Positions 40,764 through 53,095 of a stretch of 64,000 nt of DNA are shown piece by piece (position 1 is the stretch's first letter; every line of letters begins with the position of its first letter). The notes under the pieces were generated by a model. That model saw only the letters and a program-made list of their open reading frames with translations, searched no databases and had not been told where the DNA came from. The position numbers and the translations under genes are program-made. The stretch comes from Octopus vulgaris (taxonomy: Eukaryota), in the NCBI GenBank assembly GCA_951406725.2, contig OX597814.1, positions 169,632,001 through 169,696,000 on the forward strand, in the 5' to 3' direction.

Positions 40764-41063
40764 AACATTCCAGCGAAGTCGTTGCCAGTGCTACTGGACT
40801 GGCTCCTGTGCAGATGGCACATAAAAACACCATTTGAGCGTGGCTGTTGCCAGTACTGTCTGACTGGCCCTCATGCCGGTGGCACGTAAAAACACCCACT
40901 ACACTCTTGGAGTGGTTGGCATTAGGAAGGGCATCCAGCTGTAGAAACTCTGCCAGATCAAGATTGGAGGCTGGTGCAGCTATCTGGTTCACCAGTCCTC
41001 AGTCAAATCGTCCAACCCATGCTAGCATGGAAAGCGGACGTTAAACGATGATGATGATGATGA
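40763..41063 (+). mobile_element. RTE 3'-UTR copy
   Basis: Same tail with two modules. Other copies lie near 400-610(-), 1440-1620(-), 6115-6365(+), 13420-13595(-), 24865-24965(-), 27700-27965(+), 28370-28530(+), 35728-36085(-), 43947-44213(-), 49993-50320(-), 53540-53890(+), 56363-56697(-), 62478-62937(-) and 63507-63693(+). Confidence 0.88.
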
Positions 41064-41189
41064 TATATATATATATTCAGTATTTACACATTGAAAATAT
41101 ATCTTTCTATATGTTATATATATATATTTATATGATATCTACCACATGAACTATGAGGAAAAATATATGAGAAAGATATAGCATATAAT

Positions 41190-41580
41190 TTTTTCTGCAG
41201 GGGTTCCTTGAGGTATGTAATTTATTTCAAGGGTTACACAAGGGTAAAAAGGTTGAGAAGACTGGGTTAGCTTATAATAGAAGAATAGAGTTGGGTGTCT
41301 TACTTTAGAGCAATGATTCCTGAACCTTTTTCAGGCTGCTACCCACCTGGCACGCAGGCCAAATTCTTAAGGCCACCCACCAACTCACCACCACAAATGT
41401 AGACCACGTTCTGCAGCAAATTCAAAACAACTGCATTTCACAAATGAAAATTTACCTACATAACTCATTAGTTTCTTGTTATTTACATCCATTTCCCCCA
41501 CATTTGGCCACCCCATATCAAACTTTTTTTCTTCAATGCTTCCAGAGGAACAATACTGTCCACTTTGGGAGCCACTACTA
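41190..41580. mobile_element. Degenerate hAT-Charlie-like MITE remnants
   Basis: GGGTTCCTTG...AAAAAGGTTGAGAAGACTG and CAATGATTCCTGAACCTTTTT...CACTTTGGGAGCCACT resemble Charlie-type ends. Confidence 0.45.
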
Positions 41581-42117
41581 TGGAAGAAATACTTGCTACC
41601 CCAGCAGGAAAAGACAGGAGAGAAGAAGGAGGGATTGAGTTAGAAAGAAAGATGGGAAGATAACTTTTCCCTTCTATTATGGTATTGTGCTCATAACACA
41701 TTTAGCTCATTAGTGCAAGGAGTTCTGAGGTATCAATGTTTTGACATGTTGTGTCTCATCAACCAGAAGCACCCAGACCTTGTGAGCCAAAACAAGCCAT
41801 TAGCTTTGTTTATTATTCCAGCAAACAAAACTGTTTGCTGATCAGTGCTTATATCAGCCAACCGATGAAAAGATTGTCATTTGCTGTGTGTACAGTGAGA
41901 TCTGAAACAATAATTTGCATATTTATTATTAATATATTCAGGCAGATTGCCTTCAAATCTGCTGGAGCATATCAATGATAAATATGCAAATCATCATTTA
42001 TATGTACATACGTCTGTGTGTGAGTGTGTATTCTGACAAAATTTCTTTAAGTGAGAGATAAATATTACCTTTCCATATTAATACTGCATTTCTTGCTATT
42101 AATAATTTTATATACAC

Positions 42118-42169
<52 letters not shown>

Positions 42170-42170
42170 G

Positions 42171-42202
<32 letters not shown>

Positions 42203-42214
42203 CCTACATCCACG

Positions 42215-42254
<40 letters not shown>

Positions 42255-42256
<2 letters not shown>

Positions 42257-42925
42257 ATGGAGTATAGCCATTCATATACAAACATCATAAAATCTACCTT
42301 TCACTCTGATAGAGAGAGTCCTTTTGTTGCCAATGGAAGTAATAGCTCTCTGAACTTCCTCCATCCTATTCTTATTCTAGAAATAATACTTTCAGGGCAT
42401 CCACCACCATTACTAATTTGGTCACCTAAGTAGCAGAAACCTTCTACAACCTCAAGAGAGCTCCCAGGTATTTGAGAGAGTCTAAGTGCTTATTGTCTGT
42501 ACGCATCTGCCACACACAAAAGCGACCTTATCTATTAATCTACCTGTGATCCACTGCATCTCTTATGCACCCATAGCTTACACTGGGTGCAATGAATGGA
42601 ATTACTTCCCACTCTTTTCTTACATATTTGGCAGGGCAATTTACCTTAAGGAAAGAGAGTCTTATCTGCTTTCTTAAAAACAACAACTTTAGTCTTTGCT
42701 AGGTTAACTTTAAGGCCCTTGATTCCAAGTTTTGCTTCCATACATGGAACTTCAATTCCGCTTCAGATTCTGCAATAAGACCAAGGTCATCAGTATATAG
42801 CAGTTCCCTTGGGCATCTAGTTTTGAATTCTTCCGTTATACTCAGGAAAACAATGATGAATAAGAGTGGACTAAGAACTGATCCCTGGTAAGCCCCTGTT
42901 TGTACGCTAAATTCATCACCGTATT
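42255..42925 (-). pseudogene. Older RTE-clade RT fragment (domains 4-7) with embedded PHD finger
   Basis: Manual translation across frameshifts: QGSVLSPLLFIIV...LLYTDDL...GLKVNLAKTK...PCQICKKRVGSNSIHCTQCKLWVHKRC...FVCGRC...[12 protein letters not shown]...[12 protein letters not shown]. Confidence 0.88.
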
Positions 42926-43198
42926 ATTTGGTCAAAAGTGAAAACAGAAGCTAAGTTTTTTTTTATCTTAATCTTATTGAATTCAAATGTAACCCATGCT
43001 TCACCCTACTGCATCTTCTCCACCCAACTTCTTATATGTTTATATGATATGTAGCATAGAATATACATACATACATACATACATACATACATACATACAT
43101 ACATACATACATAGACATATATACATACATACATACATAGACATATATACATACATACATACATACAAACATGCACACACACACACATATATATATAT

Positions 43199-43323
<125 letters not shown>

Positions 43324-44920
43324 TAACTACAATATTCAAACAGGCTTGGAGATTGGGTATTAAAAAGCCATAAGTAGTGATTTCTACAGAATCAGTTTTG
43401 AATAAAATGTTGTTCCACTCTACTTATCAATACCGGGTAGCTTACAGTTAATTATGAACAACAGTCACTGTTTTTAGCCATTTGCATATCAGTGTATTGA
43501 CAAGAGATGCATATTTATTAACTAAAGTACTGAGACAGTGCATTCATGTATAAGTTTTGAATAAATCTGAATGTGTGTGTGTTTAACAAATAATAATATA
43601 TTTAGCTTTACTGAGCAAACAGACACTCTGGTTAAACCACAAAGTTTGGAGAAGAGTAAACTGAAGAATGATTACTACACATGTAAATTAAGGTACAACT
43701 TACCCACAGAAACACTACCTTTAGGTCCCCGTGCAATGCGTCCCCTACAAAGGACGAGATCACATCACATAAGAACATTGCAACAAAATTTCTTCACTGT
43801 AAATAGTCCTGCTCTTTCCAGTGTTATTCCAGGACTTATTCTTTGTAAGCCTAGTACTTATTCTATCAAACTCCTTTGCCAAACCGTTCAGTTACGGTGA
43901 TGTAAACACACCTACATCAGTTGTCAAGCAATGGTGTATATATATATCATCATCATCATCATCATCGTTTAACGTCCGCTTTCCATGCTAGCATGGGTTG
44001 GACGGTTCAACTGGGGTCTGGCAAGCCCGAAGGCTGCACCAGGCCAGTCAGATCTGGCAGTGTTTCTACAGCTGGATGCCCTTCCTAACGCCAACCACTC
44101 CGAGAGTGTAGTGGGTGATTTTATGTGCCACCGACACAGGTGCCAGACGAGGCTGGCAGACAGCCACGCTCGGATGGTGTTTTTTATGTGCCACCGACAC
44201 AGGTGCCAGACGAGCTTTTATTCTTTTTTATTCTATTACTTTTTTCAGTCATTTTACTGTGGCCATGCTGGAGCATCGCCTTTAGTCGAACAAATCGACC
44301 CCAGGACTTATTTTTTGTAAGCCTAGTACTTATTCTATCAAACTCCTTTGCCAAACTGTTCAGTTACGGTGACGTAAACAACCAGCATCAGTTGTCAAGC
44401 AATGGTGTGGGGACAAATACAGACACACACACACATGTATGTATATACATACGACGACTGGCTTCTATCAGTTTCCACCAACCAAATCCACTCACAAGGC
44501 TTTGGTTCACCTGAGGCTATAGTAGAAGACACTTACCCAAGTTACCATGCAGTGGGACTGAACCCAGAACCATGTGGTTGTACATATATGTGCATATATG
44601 TATCTATGTATGTATATACATACATATATATCCATGTATACACACACATATCTATATGTATGTAACCATAATTCTTGGCTCTAACCCATGCATCTAGGTT
44701 TAATTCCCAGTAAAAAAAACCATTGCTGTATGTCCTAGCCTTAAAATAGGTCCACTGCATCTTTGTATGTTGTAAGAGGCAACTAAGCTGGGTGGTGACA
44801 GGAAGGGTAAATTACAATAAAACACTGCTCAAAAAATCTGTATAAATCATACCAACATAGAAAAATCAGAGGTAAAATGATAGTGAGAATGATGATGAGG
44901 ACCATATGTATATGTGTGAG

Positions 44921-44965
<45 letters not shown>

Positions 44966-45597
44966 GTGTGTATGTGCATATATATCATCATCATCATCAT
45001 CTTATCATTTAGACATCCACTTTTCCATTATTGCATGGGTCAAACAAGTGTTGTTATAACAGATTATTCTCTGGCTGGATGCTCTTCTTGGCATCAAATC
45101 TCACTTCTTTCCATGTGAGTTAATATTTCCATTTGTTCTTTAAGCAGTTAACAGCTCAATGGTTGGACATGCTTTCACAGATGTGTGAAAGCAAACAAAA
45201 TGATTTTTTTGTATGATGGTGAATTTGTTTACAATTAGCATGTACATCTCATGACAAGAGAAACACACGCTTACTCATGCACCCGCACAGACACACACAC
45301 ATACATACATACATACATACATACATACATACATACATACATACATACATACATACATACATGCATACATACATACATACAAAAATGAAAATCTATATAG
45401 AGCACTAAAGACAACAGTAGCAGTCATACCTCTGTTTGTACACTCATCTTCTACTATATATATTACCCAGGTAGTGTTTTTGTGGGTAAGTTGTACATAA
45501 GTTTACATGAATACAGATCATTCTTCAGTTTACTCATCTTCAAACTTTGTGTTTTAACCACAGTGTGTGTGTTTCCCCTGTAAAGCTAAATATCTAA

Positions 45598-46426
45598 ATT
45601 TATTACACACATGTGAGTGAGAACACTTTGAGATATTTTTGGTATCTAACATATGTCAGATACTGCGAGCGCTGCTTCTGATTGGTCAATCCATGGTGAT
45701 GACCCGAGGTCATGGTGACGGCACTACTTTTGTCATTCATAAGTTACAACTAAACTTCATTCATTACTTTCACGAGCAGGTAGAATGTAGCCATGTAATT
45801 AAACAAACATACTATCTTTTTTATACCAGATATCACTTAAAGTCATATACACATAAAATATAAACATTTCTGGAGGTAATTCAATTTTTTGTTGCCAAAA
45901 AAATTACAACATATTTCATCTGCTCGTCAATACTCTTGCAGTTGCATGGACTGTTATGCTCTACTCTGACTGACATTGCTACTCGAAAACAGGTTTGAGT
46001 ATTATTAAAGTTATTGAAGATTCAATCTGTGTTATGTATTTCTTGAACGTGAACTTGAATGTTAACAAAATGTTAAACAGTCATCAGTTATCAGTCATTT
46101 CACCTGAAAACTTAGCGCTATAAAGTCGGACTATCTTCCTGCGGCATGACATCTTTTACAGTTACACATTGTGACGTCACTGACGTGAAATCAAGCTGTA
46201 TTCATGCGCGCTTCAACACGATGTGAAGAATTTAGTTATTGGGTTAATAAAATATGGTCGTTTATTCGTGTGTAATAAATAAAATACCAAACTCATTCCT
46301 TATGGATACCATATTTATTACAACTCTTGGCTTGTAAACGTATCTAATGAGCGAAAGCGAGTCAGATACGTTTACAAGCCACGAGTTGTAATAAATACGG
46401 TATCCATAGGGAACTCGTTTGGTATT
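45598..46426. mobile_element. Non-autonomous element with sub-terminal inverted repeat and terminal palindrome (Crypton-like?)
   Basis: ATTTATTACACAC (45598) / GTGTGTAATAAAT (46268). Palindrome arms 46283-46345 and 46364-46426 surround GAGCGAAAGCGAG. CpG-rich relative to flanks. The family call is inference. Confidence 0.55.
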
Positions 46427-46802
46427 CTCTGTATATTATTATTTAAGTGTACATATACAGATTTATTTAAAATATTGTACTTTCAGCATCAAACATACTG
46501 CTATAGAGGACCATTTAAAAATGATTTTTTTTAAATGTTTTCTTCTGCTATTATACCAACTCTTCCTACCTCCTAAGTCAAAAAACTGGTTTATTTCTTG
46601 TTGCATATGAGAGAAACACCTTTTACTTACCAATCTAGTGTTTTCCAAACCAGTTTACAAATTATATCTTTGCCACATGGAATTTCGTTCTTACAATCAC
46701 AGCTGATATCAACAACAACACCAACACTGATACCAACATAAGCAGTATTATCACTTTTAGACAATGTATTAGACAATGTAGCTGTGATACCAGTGTGTAG
46801 CT

Positions 46803-47197
46803 GTGATACTAGTGCCGGTGGCACGTAAGAGAACCATCCGAACGTGGCTGTTGCCAGTGCCGCCCCAACTGGCCTCCGTGCCGGTGGCATGTAAAAAGCA
46901 TCATCCGATTATGGCCGTTGCCAGCCTTATCTGGCCCCCGTGCCGGTGGCATGTAAAAAGCACCATCCGATCATGGCCGTTTGCAAGCCTCGTCTGGCAC
47001 CTGTGCAGGTGGCATGTAAAAAGCATCCACTACACTCACGGAGTGGTTGGCATTAGGAAGGGCATCCAGCTGTAGAAACACTGCCAGATTAGACTGGGCC
47101 TAGCACAGCCTTCTGGCTTCCCAGACCCCAGTTGAACCGTCCAACCCATGCTAGCATGGAAAACAGATGTTAAACGATGATGATGAGGATGATGATG
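46803..47197 (+). mobile_element. RTE 3'-UTR copy with four modules
   Basis: Four GTGC(C/A)GGTGGCA(C/T)GTAA...A(C/T)C units precede the standard tail. Confidence 0.9.
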
Positions 47198-47649
47198 TAT
47201 TAGTCTTCTCACTTCACATGGTTTTGTACATTTAAATCAAGGTCTACTTTGGTGCTATGAAAAAGCCTAAGATGACCCTTCAATCAACTTGGTTAAAAAA
47301 TACTAAGATGCAGTTCAATCAAACTTTGACTATTTTGAGGTAAAACCACTCCAGCAACAGACATCATTCTCAGCAAAACAAAAAAAAATGACTGTCACAG
47401 ATAGTAATTGTTATTCCAATTCTCGTAATGCTGGTCTGTCTTCTCAAAACACTGAGAGCTGGCCAAAATCTGCCACAAAAGAGATCAAAAATAATGTGAA
47501 CAAATGCTCTGTCATCACTAAACTCTCATACATCTTCATATGTAACAGATTTGACAGAAACGACTGTGGAATATAATCAAATTAATAATATTTTGAAGCC
47601 AGAGTTTGTAAACAATTTTTTTCCAGATTTTGTAAGCTGTTGTTGAGCG

Positions 47650-48436
47650 ACAAACCATTCTTAATGAGATTAAACAAAACGCCAAATGCTCTCATGTTAT
47701 GAGTTATCAATGGTGTTGCTGGAGAGCACTTGGAATCATGTGTTATTAATTACTGGACAATTAATACCTTCCTATGCACAGCTGCTATTAATCTTAAAGG
47801 ACATCTAGGAGAAAGCTGCAGTGCATGTGTCAATGAAATTACTAGGTGGAAGCAACACTGATGGAAAACAAAACTTGGAGGAAACATCAACAGTTTGTGC
47901 TGCCACATTAGATGGTTATCTTTGATAAGACAACCTGAGGGGAATAAAGAGTTCAATTCTCACCAATTACATTTTATACAAAAAAGTAACAAGACTCTTT
48001 GCTAAAAGAGTAAAAGAGTAAAAGAGTAACTCTTCATATTAAGCTCTTGAAGGAAAGCTAATTACTTGAAAGTACAAACTTAGGATGCTGAACAAAAAGC
48101 TTTGTCGTTGAAAAATATTCAAGCAAGCCAGTAGGAAAGAATATTGCAACAGCATTGACAATGAAATACATTCTTTCAACCCTGAAACTTTCCCTTTTGC
48201 TGTAAGCAAATTACAAAATGGAAAGGCACCTGGAAGAGATCTGATAGTTTGGTACTTGGACAATAGGCATAGGAGTGGCTGTGTGGTAAGTAGCTTGCTA
48301 ACCAACCACATGGTTCTGGGTTCAGTCCCACTGTGTGGCACCTTGGGCAAGTGTCTTCTGCTATAGCACTGGGCCAACCAATGCCTTGTGAGTGGATTTG
48401 GTAGATGGAAACTGAAAGAAGCTTGTCGTATATATG

Positions 48437-48471
<35 letters not shown>

Positions 48472-49087
48472 TTGTGTGTCTGTGTTTGTCCCCCTAGCAT
48501 TGCTTGGCAACCGATGCTTGTGTGTTTACGTCCCCATCACTTAGCGGTTCGGCAAAAGAGACTGATAGAATAAGTACTGGACTTACAAAGAATAAGTCGC
48601 GGGATCGATTTGCTCGACTAAAGGTGGTGCTCCAGCATGGCCGCAGTCAAATGACTGAAACAAGTAAAAGAGTAAAAGAGCAAAAGAGTAACTCTTCATA
48701 TTAAGCTCTTGAAGGAAAGCTAATTACTTGAAAGCACAAACTCAGGATGCTGAACAAAAAGCTTTAACATTGAAAAATATTCAAGCAAACCAGTATAAAT
48801 TGCAAGTGTGATTCCAGTCCATTATACTGGGACAGGAGGAAGAAAAACATGATTATTTAGAAAACTCCTTCTTAGAGAGCACTTGAGTTATTTTTGTTTA
48901 AGATTTGGAATGAAAAGAAATTTCAGCCAGAATGCATCATGGTTAAATACAGTTAGGAAAGAATACTGCAACAGCATTGACAATGAAATACATTCTTTCA
49001 ACCCTGAAACTTTCCCTTTTGCTGTAAGCAAATTACAAAATGGAAAGGGACCTGGAAGAGATCCGATAGTTTGGTACTTGGACAATA
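47650..49087 (+). pseudogene. R4/Dong-type ORF N-terminal region to RT start, split by a SINE and a duplication
   Basis: NASWLNTVRKEY...AVSKLQNGK(A/G)PGRD.IVWY resembles the KxxNWKAPGxDxIxxxW pre-RT motif. Confidence 0.6.
48266..48688 (+). mobile_element. SINE family A copy
   Basis: Colinear with 4670-5144. Confidence 0.9.
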
Positions 49088-50369
49088 TTTTAAAGAATTT
49101 AAAAGATTTGAAGATTTTATATCTGTATGAAATTATTATTTATTATTAGCCATAAGAATTTTAGAGCTTCGGTTGTGCAAAGCCTACATTCTTTTTCCTT
49201 ATTTGTTAAGCTGAGGATGTGGCTAAAATACACCATAGCAGATTGAAATCAGTATTGTAGAGCTTAAATTCCATATATATTCTGCCAGCTGATGTTACAT
49301 TGTATAATTTTTGTCAGCAATATTTGTATGCATATTGTAGCAGCACTTAAAGGTGTTAGACGTCGAACTGATATAATAACTATTGTCAGTTTGTGTACTG
49401 ACATTGCATTTGTAGATTACACTATGTTTGAAGCACTTACTTACCTTCAAGGGGACATTGAGTGTTTGCTCTATATTTACAGTAAGGTGAATTACTCACA
49501 GAATGTCCTAGAGTGCTTAGTAAACTTATATTTTTCCTTTTGATATTCAAGCTATTTTCTTCTTCATCGGTTATGCTTTAAGAAATAATACCATTATATT
49601 TACTGTTAATGGTAGTGCTCATAGTATTGTTTTTATGACTGTTTCTATTGTATTTTTAGTTATTGGAAATTTTAAATCCCTCAACATGGAAACATTTCAT
49701 GTCTGTTCTTTTAAGTTTTGAGTTTGTAGAAGTAATGTTTATATAATTTATCTCTTACTGCTATCAGTCATTTGATTGCGGTCATGCTGGAGCACCACTT
49801 TGAAGAGCTTTAGTCAAACAAATCAACCCCAGTATTTATTCTATCAGTCTATTTTGCCAAACCACTAAGTTACAGGGATGTAAAGACAAAAACTCTGGTT
49901 GTCAAGCAGTGTGGAGGGGAAAATGTTGGCACAAAGACACACACACGTACATATATACATATATATGTGTATGTATGTATGTATATATATATATCATCAT
50001 CATCATCATCATCATTGTTTAACGTCCGCTTTCCATGCTAGCATGGGTTGGATGACTTGACTGAGGACTGGTGAACCAGATGGCTGCACCAGGCTCCAAT
50101 CTGATCTGGCAGAGTTTCTACAGCTGGATGCCCTTGCTAAGGCCAACCACTCCAAGAGTGTAGTGGGTGCTTTTACGTGCCACTGGCACGAGGGCCAGTC
50201 AGGCAGTACTGGCAACAGCCACACTGAAGTGGTGTTTCTTACGTGTCACCTGCACAGGAGCCAGTCCAGCGGAACTGGCAATGACCTCACTCAAATGTTT
50301 TTCATGTGCCAGTAAGGTGATGATATTAATATATATATATATACATACATACATATATATATATACATA

Positions 50370-50401
<32 letters not shown>

Positions 50402-51039
50402 AACACATACACACTCACACATCTATACGGCTTCTTTCAGTTTCTGTCTACCAAATTCACTCACAAGGCTTTGGCTGGCTTGAGGCTGTAGCAGAAGACA
50501 CTTGCCCAAGGTGCCACACAGTGGGACTGAACACAGAGCCATGTGGTTGGGAAGCAGACTTCTTACCACACAGCCACTTTCCTTTTGAATGGCAAGTGTT
50601 GTTCTGTCTCAAGTTAGAACTAGTTATGCTTTAACATATATTTACTTCTAGGCTGAGTGTTTAAAAGGATCACTGTAGTACCTTGACTCTAATTCCTGGG
50701 ATCACTTGTCGTAGATTCACCTAAGGGATTCTTATCGAAATTTAGGTTTCTGTTACTATACAGATAAGTAAGACTTGATAATGTAATATGAGGATACGGT
50801 GTTAAATTTTTTTCCCCATATATAATGGATAATCTTGGGCCCTTGTAGCCAATCAAAGAAATCCTTACTATTAATGAAATAAGTGTAAAATGATATAGGA
50901 AAATAATTTATCAACAAACTCACCTACTTCGTTTTTACTCCATGTACTATGTGATCTTTCTAACTATGAAGACCAATGAATGTTCTAAATAGTAACTATA
51001 TATTATGCCATTTAAACTGCACTATATAATTATACATAC

Positions 51040-51102
<63 letters not shown>

Positions 51103-51174
51103 GTGACCACGTGTGTACCGTTGGCGATTTTTTTTTCCTCTGTCTTCCCTTCTCTGGATCTTTCCTTCTCCTAT

Positions 51175-51209
51175 GTTTCCGACGAAGAGCTCTGCTTGAA
51201 ACGTTAAAC
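51175..51209 (+). ncRNA. Minimal hammerhead-like motif
   Basis: GTTT | CCGACGA | a GAGC-tct-GCTT | GAAA | CG | TT | AAAC. U4 is replaced by C and stem III is reduced to the palindrome AACGTT. It lies in a (TA)n-flanked island at 51100-51310. Confidence 0.5.
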
Positions 51210-51332
51210 CCTCCTTCTTTCCTTCTTTCCTGAGCGTCCAATAATACTATATTTGTTCCGCGTCCTCGTGTTGTTGTGTTTTTTTTGCTTTCATGATTGG
51301 ATTAACTATATATATATATGTATATATATATA

Positions 51333-51490
51333 CTTTATTTAAAGCATCAGAAAATTCAACAAAACCTATTACTCTGAGTTTCACGTTGCCGTTCATCGGA
51401 CAGTTTTTGCTAGAAAAATCTGTCCGATGAACAGCAACGTGAAACTCAGAGTAACAGGTTTTGTTGAATTTTCTGCTGCTTTAAATAAAG
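51333..51490. repeat. Near-perfect palindrome, 71-bp arms, each carrying a hammerhead-like motif
   Basis: Arms 51333-51403 and 51420-51490 differ at 3 positions. Read outward, each gives CTGT | CCGATGA | AC(G/A)-GCAA-CGT | GAAA | CTCAGAG | TA | A(C/T)AG. Confidence 0.9.
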
Positions 51491-51563
51491 CATATTACTC
51501 TACCACTGGTATTTGAGTACTCTTTTTTCCACCTTGTTTCACATTTATGTGTTTACTCCAGTG

Positions 51564-51615
<52 letters not shown>

Positions 51616-51970
51616 TACATACATACATACATACATATGTACATACGTGTGTGTGTGTGCTGATTCACCAGAAGCAATAAAATGCAGGACTCAATGTAAG
51701 TGTAGAATATTCTTTAATACATTATAACTGAGAGGTTCCTTTGTCCAGTACTATCATCTACTTGTTTCTAACCATCAACTGGTATCTATCTACCAATCTG
51801 TTTGTCTGTCTGTCTATGTATGCATACACACATATACATACATAACCACACACACATTCATACATACATCTATATATACATATACTTTATTTTAAATAAA
51901 GCATATTACTCTACCTCTGGTATTTGAGTACTCTTTTTTCCACCTTGTTTCACATTTATGTGTTTACTCT

Positions 51971-52054
<84 letters not shown>

Positions 52055-52779
52055 GTGAGTGATAGATAAAGAGACAGACATATATGCATGTATAATACAT
52101 ATTACACACCGTTCTGAGGAAGCAAACTCACATTGATAATGCATTAAAAACATCTCTCAGCCATGACAAAACAAAATATTCCACAACCATAAAACACTGA
52201 AAAGAAATAAAAAAAAAAACACTAAAATACATTTGAAAAAAAAAATTTCCCACAGCAAGAACACGAACTTCTAATCTGTTTTCGTATACCCACCCCACAA
52301 AAAACATGAAGAAGGAAAAAAAATTATATTTGAAATACACTCCACAAAGAACCGCACACCATTATAAGAAAGCAAACTTGTATTGTGCGGCTTTGAAAAC
52401 ACCACTTAACTATTACAAAACAAAATATTCTAGAGCAATAAAGTACAGTAAAATATTCAGTTGTTTGCTAAACAATACTTCACACCGTTACACAAGTCTC
52501 TCTCGCTTTTTGTATATTTTCTGTTTCTTTCCTCTTTAAGTGACTGATACAAAAGCGGAATATTAGATATTTGACAGACAGATAGATTTGAGATTTTATT
52601 TTATTGCTTGGAAAAAAAATTCTTTCACAGAAGTGAGAAGTGAAAAGAGTGTACACTTGTTGTAGTCATCATTTTATCAAAATTATACAAACACGTGCAC
52701 GCAACAAACACACACACATGCACAAACACACACACATGCACAAACACACACATATACACGCACAAATATATATATATTT

Positions 52780-53095
52780 ACAGGTTTGGTAGCCTTCAAC
52801 TAACACTATCTTCTCTGAGACCCTGCGGTGCAAGTTGACCAAAATTGAGAGTATGATAGAAGAAGGCTTGCCCTTCCTTCACCAAAAATTATTTATATCA
52901 AAAAGGTGCTTTTTTTCTATGAAAATCCCTATTTTTTACGATTTTTTTACTGCTGTGTCACCATTTTTCGGTGTATTTCAACCAGAAAAATGTTCACTTA
53001 AAGAGAATAACAAGCTACATAATGCAAAATTTTTACTTTTCAAAAATTCCAATTCTAAAGGATCAAAAAGAAAACAAGCCCGAGCAACGCTAGTA
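52780..53095 (+). mobile_element. Possible non-autonomous Helitron 3' part
   Basis: Ends GCCCGAGCAACG-CTAG|T (CTAG terminus, partial hairpin). Confidence 0.35.

Noticed and set aside
43985-44320. Recurrent ORF MLAWVGRF...FLQLDALPNANHS as a gene family
   Set aside because: It is the antisense reading of the RTE 3' UTR, and its frame and length vary randomly between copies.
46344-46366. Hammerhead at the palindrome centre (CTAATGA GC GAAA GC)
   Set aside because: The core is mismatched and there is no GAAA after stem II. It is better explained as a GCGAAAGC mini-hairpin.
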